This document shows, one piece after another, positions 55,861-64,000 of a stretch of DNA of 64,000 nucleotides (position 1 is its first letter; each line of letters opens with the position of its first letter). Source of the stretch: Gemmatimonadota bacterium (GTDB lineage: Bacteria > Gemmatimonadota > Gemmatimonadetes > Palauibacterales > Palauibacteraceae); contig JBDHAC010000005.1 of the NCBI GenBank assembly GCA_039588275.1, positions 1-64,000 on the forward strand, given 5' to 3'. Position numbers and translations under genes: made by a program. The notes beneath the pieces are model-generated. The model was not told where the DNA came from, did not search any database, and saw nothing but the letters and a program-made list of their open reading frames with translations.

Positions 55861-56828
55861 GCGTCCGCAGCCCGGTTGAGGACCCTGAAGAGCCGGAGGT
55901 GTGACTGCCGCTCATCCAGCCTCCGGAGACCGAGGTCGCCCGCGATCTCCCGCGCCTGACGGAACTCGGCGGCGGAGAGACGCCGGCACAGCTCCGGGTA
56001 CCGGTCCTCGCTCACCGCGCCGGCCGGCGAGTACTGGTCCATGAGGTTCACGTACGTCCCCGGTCCCAATTCCCGGGCGATCCACTCCAGAATCGCCCGC
56101 GTCTCGTCTAGCTCGCCGGGCATGACGAGGTGCCGCAGGAGTACGCCTCGCCGCGCGAGCCCGTCGGCATCGATGACGAGATCCCCGACCTGGCGGTGCA
56201 TCTCCGCGATCGCGGCACGTGCCGCGTCCGGATAATCCTCGGCCTTCAGGTATTTCCGGCTCTTGTCCGCGCTCCAGTACTTGAAGTCCGGCATGTAGAT
56301 GTCGACGACCCCGTCCATGAAGGCCAGGCTTTCGAGGGCGTCGTACGCGCTCGTGTTGTAGACGATGGGAAGCTCGAGCCCGTCCTCCACCGCCTTCGCG
56401 ATTGCCTCGAGCACCTGAGGTACGACGTGCTCGGGGGTCACGAAGTTGACGTTATGGCACCCGAGCCTTTGTAGCTCCAACATCATGGCCGCGATCTCGT
56501 GCGCCTTGGCCTCGCGATCGGATCGGCCGGGCTTGATCGCCTGGCTGATGTCCCAGTTCTGACAGAAGGCACACCGCAGATTGCAGTGCGAGAAGAAGAT
56601 GGTGCCCGACCCGTTCCACCCCCGCAGGCAATCCTCTTCGCCCAAGTGCGGGAAGCAACTGCTCACGACCGCGTGGCGACCGGTCTTGCATGCCGCCCAC
56701 TTGTCCTCGAGCCTGTTCACACCGCAATCGCGCGGGCACGCGCGGCAATCCGCCAGGCTGGCGACGGCGCGCTCGGCCCGCAGCTGAAGCTCGCGGCGAG
56801 ATAGGCTCAGGTACGCCGCACGAACCAC
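55857..56828 (-). CDS. PflX-like radical SAM protein (putative pyruvate-formate lyase activating enzyme family)
   Basis: CRACPRDCGVNR, HLGEE, GSGTIFFSHCNLRCAFCQN, NFVTPEH, DIYMPDFKY, RHLVMPG, NLMDQY; ATGA overlap with amrS. Confidence 0.9.
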   Translation of the reverse strand: MVRAAYLSLSRRELQLRAERAVASLADCRACPRDCGVNRLEDKWAACKTGRHAVVSSCFPHLGEEDCLRGWNGSGTIFFSHCNLRCAFCQNWDISQAIKPGRSDREAKAHEIAAMMLELQRLGCHNVNFVTPEHVVPQVLEAIAKAVEDGLELPIVYNTSAYDALESLAFMDGVVDIYMPDFKYWSADKSRKYLKAEDYPDAARAAIAEMHRQVGDLVIDADGLARRGVLLRHLVMPGELDETRAILEWIARELGPGTYVNLMDQYSPAGAVSEDRYPELCRRLSAAEFRQAREIAGDLGLRRLDERQSHLRLFRVLNRAADA

Positions 56829-56987
56829 GGGGCCTCCGATCCTGCCATATTGACCTTCCCCGAAATGTACGCGCGGACCGGGGCTTTCGCCCCAGCCTCG
56901 TGTCTCGGATGCGTCAAGATGTAAGATTCAGCTCATTCGTGGCATCCATACGCTGGTGAGGGATGGTGTGGGTGCCGACTCGAACCG

Positions 56988-57536
56988 GTGGGAGTGTCGG
57001 CAGGCAATGGCGTGAAACCCGAAGCTACCAGGCCCGAGGTCCTGACGCGGGCGGGTCGCGGTGACCGCGACGCGCTGACGCAACTGTATCAAGAGTACGC
57101 GGAGGGGGTGTACGAGGCTGCCTTTCACCTCACGGAATCCGCCGCCGACGCTCAGGATGTCGTGCAGGAGGTGTTCTTGGGGCTGCCGGAGGCACTGCGG
57201 ACGTACGAGGGACGCGGCAGCTTCGGTTCCTGGCTGCGGACGGTGACGGTGCGGACGGCGTTGATCAAGCTTCGCCAGCGTCGGCGGCTGAGGGAGATAT
57301 CGCTTGGCTTCAATCGGACCGGACTATCGCTCGCGCCCGCGGGCCATATCGATCGTATCGAGCTGGAGAGGGCGCTGAGCGCGCTCCCAGAGAAGCTGAG
57401 GATCGTGGTCGTTCTCAAGGAGATTCAGGGTTTCTCGCACAGGGAGATCGCCGGCCTGCTGGGGATTCGACCCTCGGCGTCGGCCGCGCGGCTTTCGAGG
57501 GCGAGAGAGCAGCTCCGGGAGCACCTCAACACCTGA
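56988..57536 (+). CDS. ECF sigma-70 factor
   Basis: Region 2 DAQDVVQEVFL...FGSWLRTV; region 4 LPEKLRIVVVLKEIQGFSHREIAGLLG...RLSRAR. Start could be GTG 57012. Confidence 0.93.
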   Translation: MGVSAGNGVKPEATRPEVLTRAGRGDRDALTQLYQEYAEGVYEAAFHLTESAADAQDVVQEVFLGLPEALRTYEGRGSFGSWLRTVTVRTALIKLRQRRRLREISLGFNRTGLSLAPAGHIDRIELERALSALPEKLRIVVVLKEIQGFSHREIAGLLGIRPSASAARLSRAREQLREHLNT

Positions 57537-57537
57537 G

Positions 57538-57735
57538 ATGGTGCTTCGTCGCTGGCACCCGGACCTGGAGACGCTTCACGATCTCGTCGAGGGAGCGGTC
57601 GCGGACGGCCTCCGAGGACGCGTCGAGCGTCACGTGGAGAGCTGCGGCGAGTGCCAGCGCGAAGTGGGGATGAGACAGGATGCCAGGACAGGGCTCGAGA
57701 ATATCGCGCGTCTGCGCGCGAGGTTGAGAGGATAG
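57538..57735 (+). CDS. Stand-alone zf-HC2 (ZAS) anti-sigma domain protein, 65 aa
   Basis: Starts 1 nt after the sigma stop; H...HVESCGEC (HxxxCxxC); no TM. Confidence 0.72.
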   Translation: MVLRRWHPDLETLHDLVEGAVADGLRGRVERHVESCGECQREVGMRQDARTGLENIARLRARLRG

Positions 57736-57740
57736 CGGGG

Positions 57741-59885
57741 ATGCGGGTACGTAGACATCCGAGCCACCAAACGCTCAGCTGCTACATCGACGAAGAGCTG
57801 ACGGAAGCTCGACACAGCGAGGTGGATGAACACCTCGAGGGCTGCCTGAGATGTCGGCGTGAAGTCGACTTCATGGCCGAGGTGCAGCGCGGACTGCGTG
57901 AGATCGCGAAGCCGCGCCCGCCCCGGGACGTCCTGGAGCACATCCTCGAGCGCCGAGAAGCGGGCGAACGGATCATCCTGCCGACCGCGTGGGCGAGCCC
58001 GCGGAGACTCAAGCCCGCGGTGCCCGCGGTCACAGCGGTCGCCGCGGCCCTGTTCGCGGCCGCGGTGGGGCTCATGCTCCTCGACAGCCGCGAGGCCGCT
58101 GCCGGCGCCAGCGGCATGGAGTTCTCGCCCTCCAACCTGGCTTACACCCACGAAATCGAGATCGAGTACCGAACTGCGGGTGCACTGGCGGGTGAGCCGA
58201 AGCTCCGGGTGCGCGGTCGCTACCTGACGGCCGATGACGACATCCGGTTTGGCGCGGGCGGGTCCTTCGTGTCCGCCGATCTGTGGCCTGGTGAGGACGG
58301 GACCTTTCAAGGAACCCTCCGTCTGCCCGGTTCCGCGGTGTACGCTCAGTTCGCGGTGGAGGACGAAGACGGCGAGTACGTGGATCACAACGGTTACCTG
58401 TCGTGGGACCTCGTGGCCGAGTACGAGGATGGTCGACCCAAGTTCGAGGCGTTGTGGCAGCGCGCCAGAGCCTTCCAGGAGAGAGACCGGCAAGAGGCGT
58501 ACGAGTCGATCAAGCGGCTGACAGAGCTGTACCCGGACCGCGTGGAAGGGTGGTCGGCGCGGTACGGGTACGAGAGGGCCGCGATCGCGTCCGTGCTCAC
58601 GCGACCGCTCGAGAGCCGGCACCGCTCGAAGTTCGCCGGGTTCCTCGAGCAGGCGTCGAGAGGTGCGTTGTCCGCCACGGAGCTGGGTGCCCTCGTCGAC
58701 TACGCCCGCCGTTTGGGCGACCGCCCTGCGGTCGAGATGGTGGCCAGCGAGCTGCAGCGGCTTTACCCGAGCGATCCGATCGCCGTTGGCGAGCGCGTCG
58801 TGCGTCTGCGGGAATCGCTGCGGGGCGAACCCCAGGCCATGCTCCGCGAGCTCGAGCGCGAGTGGGAGCGTGTGGGGCCGACGCAGCCCCTGCTCGTTGA
58901 AGACGCATATGAGGCGGCCACGAAGACCCGTGATCCCGCGGCGATCCGGCAGTGGACCGACCGCCTCGTGGCGCTAGAACCCAGCCGAACGCCGATCATT
59001 GCTCGCGACCTCGAGGGAATCCCTTCCGTGCGCCCGTACGTGGCCGAACTGATCAGGGTCGAGCTCAGGCGGCTCGAAGAGGCCCCGGAGATCAGTCGCC
59101 CGCTGCACCTCGGCGTGAGCGAGTACCGTGATGAGAACCGGCGCCTGCGCCACGACCTCTTGGCGAGGCTGGGTCGGATGCTGGTAGCCGAAGGAAGGGT
59201 GGAGGCCGGAGTCGACACATTGCTGCTGGCGGCCGAGACCGGCTGGGATCCCGAGCTGTTTGCTGAGCTCGGCGCGCTATCCGCATCCCGCGGTGACGTG
59301 ACGACGGCACGCCGCTACTCTGCGTTGGCGGCCGTCGATCCGCTAATAGAGCATACAGAGCTGGAAGCTCTGCATGCGCGGGGCGACAGACTTACCACGG
59401 AGAGTTCTTGGGAGGAGGCGCTCGAGGCAGCAAGAGAGGAGCAAAAGGATCGACTGTACGAGGGCGACATCAATCGGAGGTTGCCCGACGGTATCGTTCT
59501 CAGAGACCAAGGCAGAGCCGTACGACAATTCGAATCCTTGCTCGGAGAGGGGGCCACAATCGTCCTTCTGTGGTCACGGTGGGAGCGGAGGACCATCGAG
59601 GTCTCCAGGAAGTTGGGGGAGTATCGTGACCGGCTCGCTCCGGCGGGGGTGGAGATCCTCGCGATCACCCGGGACCCGGATGCTGAGGGAGCGTTGAACG
59701 GCTGGAGGGAGTTAAACGTTGACCTTCCGGCTTACCTAGACCCCCGGGGGCGGGCGACGGCCGCCATGGGTTCTTTCGCGTTCCCGGATCTGTTGGTGCT
59801 GGACGCTGGTGGGCGGGTCCGATTCGCGGACAGAGACGCCGACGGAGCGGCGCGCGCCGCTCTGACATTGGCCGGAGCAAGGTAG
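57741..59885 (+). CDS. Membrane anti-sigma factor: zf-HC2 - TM - Ig-like/helical (TPR-like) region - C-terminal TlpA/AhpC-like thioredoxin fold without CxxC
   Basis: ATG 57741; HLEGCLRC; TM AVTAVAAALFAAAVGLMLL; C-terminal TIVLLWSRW...GVEILAIT...YLDP...FPDLLVLDAGGRVRF. Confidence 0.85.
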   Translation: MRVRRHPSHQTLSCYIDEELTEARHSEVDEHLEGCLRCRREVDFMAEVQRGLREIAKPRPPRDVLEHILERREAGERIILPTAWASPRRLKPAVPAVTAVAAALFAAAVGLMLLDSREAAAGASGMEFSPSNLAYTHEIEIEYRTAGALAGEPKLRVRGRYLTADDDIRFGAGGSFVSADLWPGEDGTFQGTLRLPGSAVYAQFAVEDEDGEYVDHNGYLSWDLVAEYEDGRPKFEALWQRARAFQERDRQEAYESIKRLTELYPDRVEGWSARYGYERAAIASVLTRPLESRHRSKFAGFLEQASRGALSATELGALVDYARRLGDRPAVEMVASELQRLYPSDPIAVGERVVRLRESLRGEPQAMLRELEREWERVGPTQPLLVEDAYEAATKTRDPAAIRQWTDRLVALEPSRTPIIARDLEGIPSVRPYVAELIRVELRRLEEAPEISRPLHLGVSEYRDENRRLRHDLLARLGRMLVAEGRVEAGVDTLLLAAETGWDPELFAELGALSASRGDVTTARRYSALAAVDPLIEHTELEALHARGDRLTTESSWEEALEAAREEQKDRLYEGDINRRLPDGIVLRDQGRAVRQFESLLGEGATIVLLWSRWERRTIEVSRKLGEYRDRLAPAGVEILAITRDPDAEGALNGWRELNVDLPAYLDPRGRATAAMGSFAFPDLLVLDAGGRVRFADRDADGAARAALTLAGAR

Positions 59886-60107
59886 CCGGCGGCGGCTCGA
59901 TCCGGCCGCCATAGGCTCGAAGAGCAAACCACCCAGGTACGCAATAAGAAGGGGCGTGCTCACCGGTCGGGTGGCCTTGGGCGCACCCCCCTCCGCTTTT
60001 CCTGGCAGTTCGTAAAACAGTAGACATCACAGGCCATCCGCACCCGGACAGGGGCTTCGCCCTGGCCTCGGGTGCGGGATCTTCACGCGCTTCCAAGAGG
60101 AGGAATC

Positions 60108-60308
60108 ATGGATTCCAAGCGCATCTCCCGATTCACGAGTGCGACGCTGCTGGCCGCGGGCTTCTCGCTGATTCCCGTCACGATCTCCAGTTCCGGCGAG
60201 CTGGAGGAAGCCGCCGTGTGCGCGAATCAGGGACAGTGCACCTTCGAACTGGGGTCGTGGTGCGACGACAACTTCGACTACTACGATAAGCCAGTGGTCG
60301 TCGACTGA
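60108..60308 (+). CDS. Small secreted Cys-containing peptide (66 aa)
   Basis: Strong SD GAGGAGG before ATG 60108; basic N-terminus and hydrophobic stretch, then ELEEAAVCANQGQCTFELGSWCDDNFDYYDKPVVVD. Confidence 0.75.
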   Translation: MDSKRISRFTSATLLAAGFSLIPVTISSSGELEEAAVCANQGQCTFELGSWCDDNFDYYDKPVVVD

Positions 60309-60358
60309 TCCGAGCGCGAGACGATTCCAAGAAGCTCGAGACGAAAGGACTCGAAGCC

Positions 60359-61483
60359 ATGTTCAAGCGATTCGGGAAAGCGCTCGCGCTCCTGGTGACC
60401 CCCTTTATCGTCTTCCTGGGCTCGACGGGCCTCGGCTCGTGGGCCATCGCGTCGGACGAACGCTCCCCTTCGAGCGAAGAGGTGTCGATCCTGGACCTCC
60501 AGGGCGCGGTGCATCACCAAGGTGAGCACCTCGGGATGCCCGTAGGGTTGGCGGTGTTCGGCAACACGCTGGTCGCGATCGACCGCTTCGCGGAGCGCAG
60601 CGTCCACGTCGTCGATCTCGGCACGGGGAAGCTCCGCGGATCGGTCGGACGGGAAGGGGAAGGGCCGGGCGAGTTCAGGGCTGTGTACTCGATCGATCGC
60701 GTGGCGAACAGCGATGAACTGTGGGTGTTCGATGCCGGAACGCAGCGTCTGACGCGCCTGGACCTCGCGGCGCTCGACTCCGACGGCGGCTGGGCGAAGG
60801 AGTTCGTCAGCTTGCGGGGGAGTGCACGCGTGATGAACCCGGTCCGAACAGCTGAGGACAACGTCCTGGCCGTCGGCCTCTTCACCGAGGGTCGGTTCGG
60901 CGTCTTCAATCAGAACGGTGAGCAAGTCGACGCGCTCGGTAGCCTGCCTGAGTGGTCAGAGCCCATCCCGCCGGGAGTGCTCCAACACGCGTTTACCGGG
61001 ACGATCAAGGCCGACCCGGACCGTCAGCGGTTCGCCGTCGGAGCACGCCACGCCGGCTTGCTGGAGATCTTCGACGCGTCCGGTCGGCGGCTCGCCCGGG
61101 CCGAGGTCCCCGTGGAGTTCGAGCCGCGATTCACCGTCAACGTGCGTGATGACCGCATCTCGATGGGGAGCGGTGAGGACCTGAGGTTCGGCTACGTCGA
61201 CGTGGCTACGACGCACGACCGTGTCTACGGCCTCTTCTCGGGGCGGGTGCGCGGCGAGTACCCGAAGAGCGCCAACTTTGCGCGCGAAATCCATGTGTTC
61301 GATTGGACCGGTCGGCTAGAGTCGATTATCCACCTCGACGCGGACATAATCGCGATCGCGGTGGACGAATGGGACGATAACCTGTACGCGATCGGTCACG
61401 ACCCGCTCCCAGCGATCCTGAAGTACGAGCTGCGGGACGCGGGCGGATCTCGGGCCGTGGGCTCCATCGCGATGCGTGACTGA
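60359..61483 (+). CDS. BF3164-like / TolB-like six-bladed beta-propeller protein, exported
   Basis: N-terminal signal/TM; GREGEGPGEF, FGYVDVATTHDRVYGLFSG, IHVFDWTG, IAVDE...LYAI. Confidence 0.85.
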   Translation: MFKRFGKALALLVTPFIVFLGSTGLGSWAIASDERSPSSEEVSILDLQGAVHHQGEHLGMPVGLAVFGNTLVAIDRFAERSVHVVDLGTGKLRGSVGREGEGPGEFRAVYSIDRVANSDELWVFDAGTQRLTRLDLAALDSDGGWAKEFVSLRGSARVMNPVRTAEDNVLAVGLFTEGRFGVFNQNGEQVDALGSLPEWSEPIPPGVLQHAFTGTIKADPDRQRFAVGARHAGLLEIFDASGRRLARAEVPVEFEPRFTVNVRDDRISMGSGEDLRFGYVDVATTHDRVYGLFSGRVRGEYPKSANFAREIHVFDWTGRLESIIHLDADIIAIAVDEWDDNLYAIGHDPLPAILKYELRDAGGSRAVGSIAMRD

Positions 61484-61549
61484 CGGGCTGACGCGGCTTG
61501 GCCGCGGCCGGCGTGCGACGCCGATTGAAAACCCGCTCCCGAGGCGCGA

Positions 61550-62560
61550 TCAGGAGTTCGCGGGTTCGGTGGTTACTGTAACCGAGCCCGCCTCGGAATC
61601 GGCGACGGCGGAAGCTCGCGACACCGCGGGGCGGTGTCGGGCGGCTCGCCTCTGCGACCGCTGAACGAGTATCACCGCAATAGTGATTATCGCCATCGCC
61701 ACGAACGTGCGCTGGGTGAGGGGCTCCGAAGCCAACGCCCAACCCAGGACGACGGCCACCACAGGGTTCACGTACGCGTACGTACCAACCAACGCCGGTC
61801 GCACGGCGCGGAGTAGCCATATGTAGGCCGAGAACGCCACGAGCGAGCCGAACACGATGAGATAGGCCAGCGCGGCGACCGATTTCAGGGACACGGCCGC
61901 CAGCTCGATCTGCCCGAACTCGCCCCGAAAACCCCCCGTCAACAAGAGCAGGCCGCCGCCGCAGAGCATCGTCAACGACGTGGCGTACAGCTGCGGGCTC
62001 GGGAAGGTCGCGCTTCGGCTGTAAATGGACCCGGCCGCCCAGGACACAGAGGCGATCAGCACCGCCACCGCGCCGAGCACGAACGAGCGTGGGTCGGCGC
62101 CCACGTTGCGCAGCACCTCGGGCGACGGCGCCAGGAGCAGAGCCACACCGCCCAGCCCGAGCCCCAGGCCCGCGATCTCGCCTCCGCTGGGCCGCTCTCC
62201 GTCGGGCCCGAGCCACGCCATCAACACCAGCCACAGCGGCGCGGTCGCGACGAGGAGCGCCGCCAGACCGGATGGCACGAATTGCTCTGCCCAGCTCAGG
62301 AGCCCGTTTCCACCCAAGAGCATGAGACCGCCGGATATCGTGGCGGCCTTCCAATGCCCCCCGGCCGGCATCTCGCTTCCCCGCAACCGGAACCAGGTGA
62401 ACAGGACCCCGCCAGCCACGAGGAATCGAATCCCGGCCATCGAGAACGGTGGGATCGTCTCGATCGCGAAACGGATCGACAGGTAGGTCGATCCCCAGAT
62501 CACGTAGACCAGCCCGAGAGCCAGCAACACGCGTGCGGGTGACGCGTCCCGGGGACTCAT
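61550..62560 (-). CDS. EamA/DMT family transporter (YedA-like)
   Basis: ATG 62560; VYVIWGSTYL, PPFSMAGIRF, GGNG...AEQ.VPSG, FGSLVAFSAY, YAYVNPVVAV. Confidence 0.92.
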   Translation of the reverse strand: MSPRDASPARVLLALGLVYVIWGSTYLSIRFAIETIPPFSMAGIRFLVAGGVLFTWFRLRGSEMPAGGHWKAATISGGLMLLGGNGLLSWAEQFVPSGLAALLVATAPLWLVLMAWLGPDGERPSGGEIAGLGLGLGGVALLLAPSPEVLRNVGADPRSFVLGAVAVLIASVSWAAGSIYSRSATFPSPQLYATSLTMLCGGGLLLLTGGFRGEFGQIELAAVSLKSVAALAYLIVFGSLVAFSAYIWLLRAVRPALVGTYAYVNPVVAVVLGWALASEPLTQRTFVAMAIITIAVILVQRSQRRAARHRPAVSRASAVADSEAGSVTVTTEPANS

Positions 62561-62696
62561 ATGCGGCTGGGCTTCGATTCGCGGTGCATCTGACCCGATC
62601 CTGGCTCGATCGCACTCACCTCGCGGCGATTCGATAGTGAAACGACCGAGGAGACCGACGCGTGAAAAGCCCCTGTGGCGGGAGTCGGGAGACGGG

Positions 62697-63356
62697 CTAC
62701 TCGGCCTCGAAGCCCACCGAGAAATGCGAGCCGTCGCAGAACGGCTTGTTCTCCGAAGCCCCGCAGCGGCACAGCGCGGCGTTGCGCACAGGGATCCGGG
62801 TCGCGCCATCCGCGCTCCGAAGCTCGGCCCGCCCGTCGAGGAGAAGCGAGCCATTCGGGAGCGGCCGGATCTTCAACGGGCCCTCAGCCGGCTCGTTCGA
62901 CGTCGAGCCACTGCCCTCGGCGTCGAGATCCCCCGCGTCCCGGAAGCCGAGCTCGACGTGGTTGTTGTCGCAGAACGGTTTGCGCTCCGATGCCCCACAG
63001 CGGCACAGAGCCGCGCGGATCTCGCGGCTCGGGGCCCCAGGGCCCGCGATCTCCAGCTCGAGGTCTCCCCAGGCGTACAGAGGGCCATTGGGGACGAGGG
63101 TAAGCGCGTTGCTCGGCGGTGGCGTCTCGCCCGGGCCACCATCCGAGCGCTCGAACTGAAGGGCACCGGTCGGGCAGCGACCCACGACGGCAGCGATCTC
63201 GTCGGCCGTGGCACCACGTGGGTCCACCCATGGCCGGCGGTGAGCGTCGAACACCCCCGGCAAACCGTGAACACATTCCTCCGCATGGATGCAGCGCCGG
63301 GGCTCGAACCGCACGACGATGCCGTCGCCCTCGTACTCACGAACCTTCGGCTTCAT
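62697..63356 (-). CDS. Fe-S protein: YjdI-like (Fer4_19) domain plus two CDGSH iron-sulfur domains
   Basis: GGAGG SD, ATG 63356; CIHAEECV...RPWV...CPTGAL; LCRCGAS.RKPFCDNNH and LCRCGASENKPFCDGSH. Confidence 0.92.
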   Translation of the reverse strand: MKPKVREYEGDGIVVRFEPRRCIHAEECVHGLPGVFDAHRRPWVDPRGATADEIAAVVGRCPTGALQFERSDGGPGETPPPSNALTLVPNGPLYAWGDLELEIAGPGAPSREIRAALCRCGASERKPFCDNNHVELGFRDAGDLDAEGSGSTSNEPAEGPLKIRPLPNGSLLLDGRAELRSADGATRIPVRNAALCRCGASENKPFCDGSHFSVGFEAE

Positions 63357-63382
63357 GTGTCTTCCTCCAGGGGACCGCTTCT

Positions 63383-64000
63383 CTACGGGATGGGTGTGGC
63401 CAGTTCGGCCTCGCTCACGAGCAGCAGGAGCGCGGCCTGAATCGCCAGGTGGCCGTCGCGGTTGATCCACCATTCGCCAGGTGAGTGGCCTCCACCCCCC
63501 TCGCCTCCCCGCCCGATCGTCACCGCCGGGACACCCAACGAGATCGGGATGTTCGAGTCCGTCGACGAGCGAGCGAGCGAGGGCTCCCCGCCCATGAACG
63601 CCAGCGAGGCGAGGGCTCGCTGCACCAGCGGCGCGTCATCGGGAATCTCGCCCGACGGTCGCTCGCCGATGCGGTCCAGGTGCAGCTCGATGGGTGGCCC
63701 CTCCCGCCGGAGCGCGTTCTCCTCCTCCAGCGCCCGGGCCATCGCATCGCGGAAAGCCGCGTCGATTCTGTCGAGGCTCGCGGGGCTCTCGGAGCGCATG
63801 TCGACCTCCATCCATGCCTCGAACGGGATCGAATTCACCGATGTCCCTCCGCCGATGCGTCCCACGTTGTAGCTCGTCCGGGGCCCCGAGCGGGTCAGGG
63901 TATCGGCGATGTTCTGAAAGTGCTGCACGGCACGCCCGAGCGCGTGCGCCGGGTTCGCCAGTCCGAAGGCGCCCCACGAGTGACCACCGGGCCCCCTGAA
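63383..64000 (-). CDS. M20/M25/M40 family metallo-hydrolase, C-terminal part (5' end beyond the window)
   Basis: FRGPGGHSWGAFGLANPAHA, YNVGRIGGGTSVNSIP, VDMRS, SSTDSNIP, GGHSPGEW. Confidence 0.9.
   Translation of the reverse strand, partial: FRGPGGHSWGAFGLANPAHALGRAVQHFQNIADTLTRSGPRTSYNVGRIGGGTSVNSIPFEAWMEVDMRSESPASLDRIDAAFRDAMARALEEENALRREGPPIELHLDRIGERPSGEIPDDAPLVQRALASLAFMGGEPSLARSSTDSNIPISLGVPAVTIGRGGEGGGGHSPGEWWINRDGHLAIQAALLLLVSEAELATPIP

Noticed and set aside
54763..60308. The two radical SAM genes as maturases of the Cys peptide (sactipeptide/ranthipeptide cluster)
   Set aside because: They are AmrS- and PflX-type enzymes with no visible SPASM or RRE domains, and are transcribed divergently in their own operon.
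3..63999. Numerous long alternative-frame/antisense ORFs in the track (e.g. 37874-40144 +, 6853-8250 -, 29239-30501 -) and long N-terminal extensions
   Set aside because: They are shadows of well-supported genes in high-GC DNA, with R/G/P/A-rich or antisense-like composition and no family motifs.

Overview
High-GC (visually about 65-70%), gene-dense bacterial chromosome segment with about 50 protein-coding genes. I see no rRNA, tRNA, CRISPR array, transposase, integrase or phage genes. The gene repertoire suggests a Gemmatimonadota-like heterotroph (inference only). It includes Vps10/BNR hydrolases, a PD40-amidohydrolase fusion, BTAD- and Ser/Thr-kinase-TolB/TPR membrane receptors, and a barrel-less carboxypeptidase-regulatory/plug protein. 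Most of the window is catabolic: peptidases S10/M14/M20/S1, five amidohydrolase-superfamily enzymes, a sulfatase, a GMC oxidoreductase, an amidinotransferase, an agmatinase and amino-acid transporters. The best candidate for an undescribed system is the locus at about 57.0-61.5 kb. It encodes an ECF sigma factor, a stand-alone duplicate zinc anti-sigma (ZAS) domain, and a large membrane anti-sigma whose exterior part ends in a thioredoxin fold lacking CxxC. These are followed by a 66-aa Cys-containing secreted peptide and a BF3164/TolB-like six-bladed propeller. A second candidate is the 45.8-50.0 kb cluster: PLP class V enzyme, PGM1-like ATP-grasp ligase, class II glutamine amidotransferase and hemerythrin. 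Other oddities are a Cache-HAMP-PAS-PAS sensor with no output domain, two APC permeases that can only start at CTG, receptor/small-secreted-protein gene pairs, and several short intergenic tandem duplications and palindromes. All family calls are from motif recognition by eye; no database searches were run.
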